Source of the DNA: Escherichia coli
Lineage (GTDB): Bacteria > Pseudomonadota > Gammaproteobacteria > Enterobacterales > Enterobacteriaceae
Strand: one strand, 5' to 3'
NCBI RefSeq assembly: GCF_044324785.1
Contig: NZ_CP172127.1
DNA: 64,000 bases
The position numbers and the translations under genes were made by a program. This document shows positions 11,601 through 22,071 of this stretch, piece after piece. The notes beneath the pieces are model-generated. The model worked only from the letters and a program-made list of their open reading frames with translations, did not search any database and was not told where the DNA came from. Position 1 is the stretch's first letter. Every line of letters begins with the position of its first letter.

Positions 11601-12364
11601 CACAAAGAGGACGAAAAGATTCGCTGCAGCCACGTAAAATTATCTCCAGCCCCACATGGTCTGGTCTGGAAAGCGATCACGTCTCCTATAACGCGGGATA
11701 CACCAACGTTCATGAGTTAATTCCGTGGCGCACGCTGTCGGGACGCCAGCAGCTTTATCAGGATCATCCGTGGATGCGTGCCTTTGGTGAAAGCCTGGTG
11801 GCTTATCGCCCGCCTATCGACACCCGTAGCGTCAGTGAAATGCGCCAGATACCGCCAAACGGCTTCCCAGAAAAAGCACTTAACTTCCTGACGCCGCATC
11901 AGAAATGGGGCATTCACTCAACCTACAGTGAAAACCTGCTAATGCTGACGCTCTCTCGCGGTGGACCGATTGTCTGGATTAGCGAAACCGATGCCCGTGA
12001 ACTGACCATTGTCGATAACGACTGGGTGGAAGTGTTTAACGCCAACGGCGCGCTGACTGCCCGCGCGGTGGTCAGCCAACGTGTACCGCCGGGTATGACC
12101 ATGATGTATCACGCCCAGGAACGCATTATGAATATTCCTGGTTCGGAAGTAACTGGCATGCGCGGCGGCATTCATAACTCGGTCACCCGCGTTTGTCCGA
12201 AACCAACGCATATGATTGGCGGTTACGCGCAGCTGGCCTGGGGCTTTAACTACTACGGCACCGTCGGCTCGAACCGCGACGAATTCATCATGATCCGCAA
12301 GATGAAGAACGTTAACTGGCTGGATGATGAAGGTCGCGATCAGGTACAGGAGGCGAAAAAATGA
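8640..12364 (+). pseudogene. narZ: respiratory nitrate reductase Z alpha subunit, reading frame broken near 11625
   Basis: NarZ/NarG-like protein in frame 0 from MSKLLDRFRYFKQKGETFADGHG to ...HLALHKEDEKIR, then continues in a different frame (...QPRKIISSPTWSGLESDHVSYNAGYTNVHELIPWRT... to stop at 12364); span is 3725 nt, not a multiple of 3. Confidence 0.75.
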
Positions 12365-13905
12365 AAATACGTTCGCAAGTCGGCATGGTGCTTAATCTCG
12401 ATAAATGTATCGGCTGCCATACCTGTTCGGTGACCTGTAAAAACGTCTGGACCGGACGCGAAGGCATGGAGTACGCATGGTTTAACAACGTCGAAACCAA
12501 ACCGGGCATTGGTTATCCGAAAAACTGGGAAGATCAGGAAGAGTGGCAAGGCGGCTGGGTGCGTGATGTGAATGGCAAGATCCGCCCGCGTCTGGGCAGC
12601 AAGATGGGCGTAATAACCAAAATCTTCGCCAACCCGGTGGTGCCGCAGATTGATGATTACTACGAACCTTTCACCTTCGACTACGAACATTTGCATAGCG
12701 CACCGGAAGGCAAACATATCCCTACTGCTCGCCCGCGTTCACTGATTGACGGCAAACGGATGGACAAAGTGATCTGGGGGCCAAACTGGGAAGAATTGTT
12801 GGGCGGCGAATTCGAAAAACGCGCCCGTGACCGCAACTTCGAGGCCATGCAAAAGGAGATGTACGGGCAGTTTGAAAACACCTTCATGATGTACCTGCCG
12901 CGCTTGTGCGAACACTGCCTCAATCCCAGTTGCGTGGCGACCTGCCCAAGCGGCGCTATCTACAAACGCGAAGAAGACGGCATTGTGCTGATCGATCAGG
13001 ATAAATGCCGTGGCTGGCGTTTGTGCATTAGCGGTTGTCCGTACAAAAAAATCTACTTCAACTGGAAAAGCGGCAAGTCAGAAAAATGTATCTTCTGTTA
13101 CCCACGAATTGAGTCAGGCCAACCCACCGTGTGCTCAGAAACCTGCGTGGGTCGCATCCGGTATCTGGGCGTGCTGCTCTACGACGCCGACCGCATCGAA
13201 GAAGCAGCGAGTACCGAACGCGAGGTTGATCTCTATGAACGCCAGTGCGAAGTGTTCCTCGATCCGCACGATCCCTCGGTGATCGAAGAAGCCCTGAAAC
13301 AAGGTATTCCACAAAACGTGATTGACGCTGCCCAGCGTTCGCCTGTCTACAAAATGGCGATGGACTGGAAACTGGCACTACCGCTGCACCCTGAATACCG
13401 CACCCTGCCGATGGTCTGGTACGTTCCTCCGCTGTCACCGATTCAGTCCTACGCTGATGCGGGAGGTTTGCCGAAAAGCGAAGGCGTGCTGCCCGCCATC
13501 GAAAGCCTGCGTATTCCGGTGCAATATCTCGCCAATATGTTGAGTGCCGGTGATACCGGTCCGGTACTGCGGGCGCTGAAACGGATGATGGCGATGCGCC
13601 ACTATATGCGTTCACAAACCGTGGAAGGCGTTACTGATACTCGTGCCATCGACGAAGTAGGCCTGAGCGTCGCCCAGGTCGAAGAGATGTATCGTTACCT
13701 CGCCATTGCCAACTATGAAGATCGTTTTGTTATCCCGACCAGCCATCGGGAAATGGCGGGCGATGCCTTCGCAGAACGCAACGGCTGCGGTTTTACCTTT
13801 GGCGACGGTTGCCACGGTTCGGACAGTAAATTCAACCTGTTCAACAGTAGCCGTATCGATGCCATCAACATCACCGAAGTGCGCGACAAAGCGGAGGGCG
13901 AATAA
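12361..13905 (+). CDS. narY: nitrate reductase Z beta subunit (Fe-S), 514 aa
   Basis: MKIRSQVGMVLNLDKCIGCHTCSVTCKNVW...; ATGA overlap with narZ stop. Confidence 0.92.
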   Translation: MKIRSQVGMVLNLDKCIGCHTCSVTCKNVWTGREGMEYAWFNNVETKPGIGYPKNWEDQEEWQGGWVRDVNGKIRPRLGSKMGVITKIFANPVVPQIDDYYEPFTFDYEHLHSAPEGKHIPTARPRSLIDGKRMDKVIWGPNWEELLGGEFEKRARDRNFEAMQKEMYGQFENTFMMYLPRLCEHCLNPSCVATCPSGAIYKREEDGIVLIDQDKCRGWRLCISGCPYKKIYFNWKSGKSEKCIFCYPRIESGQPTVCSETCVGRIRYLGVLLYDADRIEEAASTEREVDLYERQCEVFLDPHDPSVIEEALKQGIPQNVIDAAQRSPVYKMAMDWKLALPLHPEYRTLPMVWYVPPLSPIQSYADAGGLPKSEGVLPAIESLRIPVQYLANMLSAGDTGPVLRALKRMMAMRHYMRSQTVEGVTDTRAIDEVGLSVAQVEEMYRYLAIANYEDRFVIPTSHREMAGDAFAERNGCGFTFGDGCHGSDSKFNLFNSSRIDAINITEVRDKAEGE

Positions 13906-14600
13906 TGCAGATCCTCAAAGTGATCGGCCTGTTGATGGACTATCCGGACGAGCTGTTATGGGAATGTAAGGAGGACGCGCTGGCGTTGATCCGCCGCGAC
14001 GCACCGATGCTTACGGATTTTACCCGCAACCTGCTTAACGCGCCGCTGCTGGATAAACAGGCCGAATGGTGCGAAGTGTTTGACCGTGGACGTACCACAT
14101 CGCTGCTGCTGTTCGAACATGTTCATGCCGAGTCCCGCGATCGCGGCCAGGCAATGGTGGACCTGCTGGCGGAGTATGAAAAGGTCGGTCTGCAGTTGGA
14201 TTGTCGAGAACTGCCCGATTATCTGCCGCTGTATCTGGAGTACTTAAGCGTACTGCCGGACGATCAGGCGAAAGAAGGCTTGCTCAACGTTGCGCCGATC
14301 CTCGCCCTGCTTGGCGGACGCTTAAAACAACGCGAGGCACCGTGGTACGCGTTATTTGACACCCTGTTGCAACTGGCAGGAAGTACACTTTCAAGTGACA
14401 GTGTCACAAAACAGGTGAACAGTGAGGAGCGCGATGACACCCGCCAGGCACTGGATGCGGTGTGGGAAGAGGAACAGGTGAAGTTTATTGAAGATAACGC
14501 CACGGCGTGTGACAGCTCGCCGCTTAATCAATATCAGCGACGCTTTAGCCAGGATGTCGCGCCGCAGTATGTCGACATCAGTGCGGGAGGTGGGAAATGA
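13905..14600 (+). CDS. narW: nitrate reductase Z assembly chaperone (NarJ paralog), 231 aa
   Basis: 231-aa ORF between narY and narV. Confidence 0.9.
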
Positions 14601-15277
14601 TTCAGTATCTGAACGTCTTTTTTTATGATATCTACCCGTACATTTGTGCGACGGTGTTTTTCCTCGGCAGCTGGCTGCGCTACGACTACGGGCAGTACAC
14701 CTGGCGCGCCTCCTCAAGTCAAATGCTCGATAAACGCGGGATGGTGATATGGTCGAATCTGTTCCATATTGGCATTTTGGGGATTTTCTTCGGGCACCTG
14801 TTCGGCATGTTAACGCCGCACTGGATGTACGCGTGGTTTTTGCCAGTGGCAGCGAAACAACTAATGGCGATGGTACTCGGCGGCATTTGTGGTGTGTTGA
14901 CGTTGATTGGCGGCGCAGGACTGCTGTGGCGCAGGCTGACTAATCAGCGCGTGCGTGCAACTTCCACTACGCCGGATATTATCATCATGAGCATTTTGCT
15001 GATCCAGTGTCTGCTGGGGCTAAGTACCATACCGTTTTCAGCACAGTATCCTGATGGTAGCGAAATGATGAAGCTGGTGGGTTGGGCGCAAAGCATTGTC
15101 ACTTTCCGTGGTGGATCGTCAGAAATGCTTAACGGCGTAGCGTTCGTTTTCCGCCTGCATCTGGTATTGGGAATGACCATCTTCCTGCTCTTCCCGTTCA
15201 CCCGACTGGTGCATGTGTGGAGCGCTCCGTTTGAGTACTTTACTCGTCGGTATCAGATTGTGCGTTCGCGGCGATAA
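14597..15277 (+). CDS. narV: nitrate reductase Z gamma subunit (cytochrome b), 226 aa
   Basis: 226-aa membrane ORF overlapping narW stop. Confidence 0.9.
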
Positions 15278-15356
15278 TTTTCACCCTGGCCGGATAGCCC
15301 TTCGCTCTCCGGCCACTTGCAGGCTATGATAGTTCTCCAGCCACAGGAGAACGTTA

Positions 15357-16250
15357 ATGAAACCGCAGGTGTACCACGTCGATGCTTTTACATCACAACC
15401 GTTTCGCGGCAATTCTGCCGGTGTTGTTTTCCCCGCCGATAATCTCAGTGAAGCGCAAATGCAGCTTATTGCCCGCGAATTAGGTCATTCGGAAACTGCT
15501 TTTCTGCTGCACAGCGACGACAGCGATGTGCGCATCCGCTACTTTACGCCAACGGTTGAAGTTCCGATTTGTGGCCACGCGACAGTAGCTGCGCACTATG
15601 TACGTGCAAAGGTGTTAGGTTTAGGAAATTGCACGGTCTGGCAAACGTCACTGGCAGGAAAACACCGCGTGACTATCGAAAAGCATAACGATGATTATCG
15701 TATTTCGCTGGAACAAGGTCCGCCGGGCTTTGAGCCACCGCTGGAAGGTGAAACACGTGCAGCGATTATCAACGCGCTTCATCTCACTGAGGACGATATT
15801 CTGCCAGGCTTGCCAATTCAGGTGGCAACAACAGGACACTCAAAAGTGATGATCCCGTTGAAACCAGAAGTGGATATCGACGCCCTTTCGCCTGATCTTG
15901 CTGCGCTGAGCGCTATCAGCAAACAGATTGGCTGCAATGGTTTCTTCCCGTTCCAGATCCGCCCAGGCAAAAACGAAACCGATGGTCGTATGTTCTCGCC
16001 TGCCATTGGTATTGTGGAAGATCCGGTGACTGGCAATGCCAATGGCCCGATGGGTGCATGGTTGGTACATCACAACGTATTGCCCCACGATGGCAACGTG
16101 TTGCATGTTAAAGGCCATCAGGGGCGCGCATTAGGGCGTGACGGCGTGATTGAAGTGACGGTGACAATTCGCGATAACCAACCGGAGAAAGTCACCATTT
16201 CTGGCACAGCGGTGATTTTGTTTCATGCCGAATGGGCAATTGAATTCTGA
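15357..16250 (+). CDS. yddE: PhzF-family isomerase-like protein, 297 aa
   Basis: MKPQVYHVDAFTSQPFRGNSAGVVF... Confidence 0.9.
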   Translation: MKPQVYHVDAFTSQPFRGNSAGVVFPADNLSEAQMQLIARELGHSETAFLLHSDDSDVRIRYFTPTVEVPICGHATVAAHYVRAKVLGLGNCTVWQTSLAGKHRVTIEKHNDDYRISLEQGPPGFEPPLEGETRAAIINALHLTEDDILPGLPIQVATTGHSKVMIPLKPEVDIDALSPDLAALSAISKQIGCNGFFPFQIRPGKNETDGRMFSPAIGIVEDPVTGNANGPMGAWLVHHNVLPHDGNVLHVKGHQGRALGRDGVIEVTVTIRDNQPEKVTISGTAVILFHAEWAIEF

Positions 16251-16290
16251 AACCGTTGCCTGGTGCGCTTCTCTTATCAGGTCTACAACC

Positions 16291-16317
16291 GAGCTAACGT
16301 ATGCCGGATAAGGCGTT
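16291..16317. repeat. left half of a REP/palindromic unit split by the IS insertion
   Basis: GCCGGATAAGGCGTT...; joining both flanks with one copy of GTT restores GCCGGATAAGGCGTTTACGCCGCATCCGGC. Confidence 0.7.
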
Positions 16318-16841
16318 TGAACTGCACCCCAAATGTTGGACATAATCTGACATCTGAAGGTGCAGTTTATGAAACATTCATTTGAAGTAAAACTTGCCGC
16401 TGTAAATCATTACCTGGCTGGTCATGCAGGCATCATTTCTACGGCAAAACTCTTTCAACTTTCTCACACCAGCCTCTCACACTGGATTAATCTTTTTCTT
16501 CTTCACGGTCCTCGGGCACTGGATTGCAGACACAAGCGTAGCTATTCTCCTGAAGATAAACTTTGCGTGGTTCTTTATGCTCTCGGGCATTCTGAGTCTC
16601 TACCCCGGGTAGCTGCCCGGTTTAACATTCCCAGCCACAACACGGTTAAAAACTGGATAAAAGGCTACCGCAAATCTGGTAATGAGGCCTTTATCAGGCG
16701 CAGGAAGGAGAAAAGCATGACCCGTTCTGATGATACCCATGAAAACGAGGCAAACATGACGCCGGAAGAGATGAAGAATGAGCTGCGTTATCTTCGCGCA
16801 GAAAATGCATATCTGAAAGCCATGCAGGAGCATCTCCTGGA

Positions 16842-17749
<908 letters not shown>

Positions 17750-17776
17750 GTTTACGCCGCATCCGGCAACCTGACA
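17750..17776. repeat. right half of the REP/palindromic unit split by the IS insertion
   Basis: GTTTACGCCGCATCCGGCAACC. Confidence 0.7.
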
Positions 17777-17780
17777 TAAA

Positions 17781-18626
17781 TTATTTTCCCGCCTCCGGGT
17801 GCGTATCAAACGCCGCCATCACCAGCGCTAACTCATCCACGGTAAAGCCATGTTTCGCATCATCCACCCCCAGACCAAACTGTTCCTGCATCACGGCATA
17901 TAACGACGCCACATCTGGTAGATTTCGCTGCTCCACCGCGTGCCCATTTTCATAATGGGTAAAATGAAAATTGGTCAGTGTCAGCTTGCCGCCGTCCGGC
18001 AAATGGCGGCACATCAGCAAATGATGGCGAAAATGCGACTGCGGCCAGTGCGCAGACCAGAAATTGCCCATTACATAATCGCTTTGTTGCTGCTCGCAGA
18101 GATCAAAACGGTACATCGACTGCCAGTGCTGATGATGATTAAACTGCAACACCCAATCATCACCCGCCTGTAACAACCGATACTCTCCGTGTGGCGTGAT
18201 CTGCACGAGATCGGGAACTAAACGAATCGGCGCGGTTAGCGTCTGTCCACCGAAACCGACATCAGCAATCCATTTTTCCCCTTCCAGTTCCACCAACAAC
18301 AAACGATGGGTGCGCGGCGGTAATGCTGGCGGATTTGATAACACTACGCGCCCTAACAAGCTGCGAACGTTAAACCCCAGCTCGCGTAACACCCGCTCAA
18401 ACACGCCATTCTGCTCAAAACAGTAACCGCCACGACGGGCTATCACCAGTTTCTCTTCCAGCGATTGATCATCAAGCTGTATTTCCCTCGGCAGCAAAAC
18501 GTCGAGATTTTCAAACGGAATGGTGCAATTGTGTTTCAGGTGCAATGCACGCAGCGTATCAATATTGGCCGCAGCAGCTCCCGACCAGTTAATACGGGCA
18601 AAATAATGATTCAGAATGGGCGTCAT
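17781..18626 (-). CDS. nhoA: arylamine N-acetyltransferase, 281 aa
   Basis: MTPILNHYFARINWSGAAAANIDTLRALHLKHNCTIPFENLD... Confidence 0.9.
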   Translation of the reverse strand: MTPILNHYFARINWSGAAAANIDTLRALHLKHNCTIPFENLDVLLPREIQLDDQSLEEKLVIARRGGYCFEQNGVFERVLRELGFNVRSLLGRVVLSNPPALPPRTHRLLLVELEGEKWIADVGFGGQTLTAPIRLVPDLVQITPHGEYRLLQAGDDWVLQFNHHQHWQSMYRFDLCEQQQSDYVMGNFWSAHWPQSHFRHHLLMCRHLPDGGKLTLTNFHFTHYENGHAVEQRNLPDVASLYAVMQEQFGLGVDDAKHGFTVDELALVMAAFDTHPEAGK

Positions 18627-18798
18627 CAGGCGTTTCCCTTAGTGGTTTTCTCAACTTATAACCTGGAATAGACGCCGCACCGGCTATTTTGTGCGATCGC
18701 GGACATGCATCACGTTTGCAAATCGCCAATCCCGTTAATTTCGTTACTTATTGCGTTACGGGCTACGCTTAAAAAAACCTTCTTCGCGAGGCGATACC

Positions 18799-19368
18799 AT
18801 GAGCCGATTTATCCCCGTCGAATTACACCATGCCAGCCGTCTGTTAAATCATGGCCCAACTATTTTGATAACAACTTTTGATGAAAAATCACAGCGACGT
18901 AATGTGATGGCTGCGGCCTGGTCGATGCCGGTAGAGTTTGAACCGCCACGTGTTGCGATCGTGGTAGATAAATCGACATGGACCAGGGAGTTGATTGAAC
19001 GTAACGGTAAATTTGGCATCGTTATCCCGGGCGTTGCAGCAACTAACTGGACGTGGGCGGTGGGAAGTGTGTCGGGGCGTGATGAAGATAAGTTTAATTG
19101 CTATGGTATTCCGGTTGTGAAAGGTCCGGTACTTGGTTTGCCTCTGGTCGAGGAAAAATGTCTGGCGTGGATGGAGTGTCGCCTGCTACCTGCGACTTCT
19201 GCGCAAGAAAAATACGACACACTGTTTGGCGAGGTAGTATCAGCAGCGGCAGACGCACGGGTATTTGTCGAAGGCCGCTGGCAGTTTGATGATGATAAAC
19301 TCAATACACTACATCATTTAGGTGCTGGCACGTTTGTTACCAGCGGCAAGCGAGTCACCGCGGGCTAA
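18799..19368 (+). CDS. yddH: flavin reductase-like protein, 189 aa (alternative upstream start 18751)
   Basis: MSRFIPVELHHASRLLNHGPTILITTFDEKSQRRNVMAAAWSMPV... Confidence 0.85.
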   Translation: MSRFIPVELHHASRLLNHGPTILITTFDEKSQRRNVMAAAWSMPVEFEPPRVAIVVDKSTWTRELIERNGKFGIVIPGVAATNWTWAVGSVSGRDEDKFNCYGIPVVKGPVLGLPLVEEKCLAWMECRLLPATSAQEKYDTLFGEVVSAAADARVFVEGRWQFDDDKLNTLHHLGAGTFVTSGKRVTAG

Positions 19369-19434
19369 AGAATCATATGCAGCAACCAAGTTGCTTAAGC
19401 AATGTTTCAATATGAGTTAAAAGCATATTTTATC

Positions 19435-19635
19435 TCACGATTGCATATTTTTAGTGAAGATTAATTTATCCTCACCAACATCATAGTAATTGCGTATTAT
19501 AGCTTCATTGATAAAGCCCTGTTTTGTATAAAATGCGCGGGTGGCACTAAAATCGATATGGCTGGAAGTCTCTACTAAAAGTAGTCTTGCGTGATTGGGA
19601 CAGGTCAAGAAAAAGCAGTTTTGCAGTTTTTTATT
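19435..19635 (-). pseudogene. remnant of a GNAT-family acetyltransferase (C-terminal motif only, no start codon)
   Basis: Minus-frame translation ...HIDFSATRAFYTKQGFINEAIIRNYYDVGEDKLIFTKNMQS* resembles the C-terminal motif of RimI-type GNATs; open frame bounded upstream by a stop. Confidence 0.3.
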
Positions 19636-19997
19636 TTAGGGCACAGTTGCGAAAATTGAATCCCTTATGGACTAATGTGAGAAAATCCCGAGGTATGACT
19701 GTTTTGATATAGTGGACAATCAAGCGTCTCGAATTAACAATGAATTTCAGGTGCCAAGCCTTACAATTTGTAGCATGACGGATATAGGACAACATTAGGA
19801 AATCGGACAGAAAATTCATCATAATAAAATGACAACTTATCTCTTTCTCTCACTTTCTGAGAAATTTCACAAAAGTATAAACTGAGCCAATATGCCTTTA
19901 TATATAAAAAATACTCATGTTTATTATTATCGGAAAAAGCCAAGATTTGATTAAGGTGTATTAGTCGCGACTTGATCTGACACTGAGCCCTGAAAGG

Positions 19998-20243
19998 TTG
20001 AGAGTTACCGGTTTTGATATGGGTGTCGAATCCTTATACAAAACACGGGTAACTCTCATGCTTCATACTACCAATCCCGTTATCAAACACAAAGCCAGTT
20101 TGCTCAATCTGGCTGAAGAACTCAGCAACGTATCAAAAGCCTGTAAAATCATGGGCGTTTCGCGTGATACGTTTTATCGTTACCGCGAACTGGCCGATGA
20201 AGGCAGGGAAAGATTACGAAAGCCCGCTCCCTGCAAGGACTGA
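19998..20243 (+). pseudogene. transposase N-terminal HTH fragment (IS481/IS3-like), truncated
   Basis: 81-aa ORF ...[34 protein letters not shown] matches the GxSRxTxYxWxxRY HTH pattern; 3' end overlaps the H-repeat transposase. Confidence 0.3.
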
Positions 20244-21287
20244 CGCCAGGTAGTTTCTGTCCATGGCTGCTTTTCGCATCTTACGTCTTAACCCTGCCTT
20301 GAATACCTTATCATTCGTTAAAATATTAATAGCGATGTGCCGTATCCCTGAAAATAATTCTGCTGCATTTCCTCTTCTTATTTTGCAGTCGTCTTCATTC
20401 ATTACCACGTCCAGACGCCAGTGCAGCTTATTCTCCACGTGCCAGTGATTTCGGATCGCTGTGGCGAACTTCTCAGCGGTTAAATCAGCAGAACTGATGT
20501 AATATCTGACCGTCATTTCTGGCTCTTTCTTTTGTTCTGCTATTATGGACCGAAAGGAGACTGCCACGCATAATTTCTTCAGTCCTTTCCATTCAAACGT
20601 GAAATCAATAAGTTCATCAGGGACATCGCAAACAATATGAAGACGGATTTCTTCTCTGCCTTGACTTTTTTCACTAATTGCGTAACTGTCATGCTCTGGA
20701 TTATTTAATTCTTTCAGTGGGAATTTTTCCTCAAAGGCTTTATTAAGCCGCCCCTGATTTCCTTTTACAGCGAATAAATAATCACCGCCCTGTTTTTGTA
20801 TCTTCTCTGCGATATCTTTCTGGCAACCCATCGCATCAGTTGTGATAATTTTTCCTTTAATATCCAGCATGTTAAGAAGTTCAGGGATAGCTGTGATCTC
20901 ATTGGATTTCTTATCCGTCCTGATCTGTCCGATGACAAGACTGTGCATTGTTGAGAACGCACTAATGACATGAATCGCTCCCCTGCGGCGACTCTTGTCA
21001 TAAGAATGCCGGAGCGTTTTTCCATCAATTGCAATAACGTCTTTATCATCTGAAGAATGGCAGTCACGCATCCCGTTAATAAAGCACTCGTGAAATTTTA
21101 CAGGACTGATACAGGATACAACTCTGGCAATGGTATCGTGAACAGGAATACCATTTTCAAAATCACCATATTGCTTCAAAAAATCGAGATGTGTTTCCCC
21201 AAAATCCTCTATATCTTCCCAGCATTCTGCACCAGAAATAACGGCACAAATAGTCAACAGTAGAATATCCGACAATTTATGTTCCAC
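20214..21287 (-). CDS. ISAs1-family (H-repeat-associated) transposase; frame extends to ATG at 21350 but is interrupted by an in-frame TAG at 21291..21293
   Basis: 357-aa ORF (V/M)[35 protein letters not shown]... typical of Rhs-linked H-rpt ORF-H; upstream in-frame MELKKLMEHISIIPDYRQA-TAG-K. Confidence 0.8.
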   Translation of the reverse strand: MEHKLSDILLLTICAVISGAECWEDIEDFGETHLDFLKQYGDFENGIPVHDTIARVVSCISPVKFHECFINGMRDCHSSDDKDVIAIDGKTLRHSYDKSRRRGAIHVISAFSTMHSLVIGQIRTDKKSNEITAIPELLNMLDIKGKIITTDAMGCQKDIAEKIQKQGGDYLFAVKGNQGRLNKAFEEKFPLKELNNPEHDSYAISEKSQGREEIRLHIVCDVPDELIDFTFEWKGLKKLCVAVSFRSIIAEQKKEPEMTVRYYISSADLTAEKFATAIRNHWHVENKLHWRLDVVMNEDDCKIRRGNAAELFSGIRHIAINILTNDKVFKAGLRRKMRKAAMDRNYLASVLAGSGLS

Positions 21288-21630
21288 TTTCTAGGCTTGT
21301 CTGTAATCGGGGATAATAGAAATATGTTCCATCAATTTTTTCAGTTCCATTTTGTTCTCCTTAATTATGTAAGGAGTATTTGATCATGTATACGCAATAA
21401 AAAACAGCTTTAGGTAATAAGGAATATCTCAATTTTTAAACATAAAATGCGAATTATTTAGTACAAAAAGTGAACTTCTGATGATCTTTCCCTGCCCATT
21501 GGGTTCATTAAGATCAAGAATAATGGGAATATGCTCAAGAAGACTTTGAATGTTCACCAGACGTCCTTTTCTAATATATTTAATTATTTGGCGATTAAAT
21601 TTTAATCAAATCAACAAGGTAAAACCAAGA

Positions 21631-21660
21631 TTAAAGTTGTGATGATAATCACAACTTTAA
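21631..21660. terminator. perfect 13-bp inverted repeat (TTAAAGTTGTGAT-GATA-ATCACAACTTTAA), candidate terminator downstream of the Rhs immunity gene
   Basis: seen directly; on the minus strand it is followed by TCTTGGTTTT. Confidence 0.4.
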
Positions 21661-21696
21661 TGATCTTCCCCTGATTCCTCCAGTCCTTTTATTTGG

Positions 21697-22071
21697 TTAC
21701 TCTAATGGTTTTATTAATTGTAAATTTTTAAATGTCATGCTTAATAAGCCATCAGAAAAATAAAGAAAAAATTTATATATCCTTTTGTTTTTTAATTTCT
21801 TTATATACCCATTACTTATATTACCTGACTTGTGATTATCGATTAACTCAGCAGAATCCATAGCGAACACTAAATCATCTACATCAGAAAATTCAACTAT
21901 CATTTTTTCCCTAATGTTCTCATTTTTATAAATGTCAATAAATAACGTCATGTTAAAATGAGATTCTTTGAATGTCGTTTTTACTTCTAACAAAACCCCA
22001 TCATGCCAGTCAATTGAACTCACAATGTCAAAATCGCTCATTATATAATCTCCATTATCCGTTTTAATCAT
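21697..22071 (-). CDS. ydcD: Rhs-associated immunity protein (YdcD-like), about 124 aa
   Basis: [31 protein letters not shown]...; ATG (22071..22069) overlaps the Rhs stop TGA (22070..22068) as ATGA; no signal peptide; AT-rich. Confidence 0.7.
   Translation of the reverse strand: MIKTDNGDYIMSDFDIVSSIDWHDGVLLEVKTTFKESHFNMTLFIDIYKNENIREKMIVEFSDVDDLVFAMDSAELIDNHKSGNISNGYIKKLKNKRIYKFFLYFSDGLLSMTFKNLQLIKPLE

Noticed and set aside
11620-11630. PstI site (CTGCAG) exactly at the narZ lesion as evidence of laboratory engineering
   Set aside because: A 6-bp site occurring by chance at a deletion junction is plausible; no vector, scar or marker sequence nearby
19631-19822. 63-aa minus-strand ORF in the yddH-distal AT-rich spacer
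   Set aside because: Short, AT-rich, no RBS or motif; most likely chance ORF in degraded DNA
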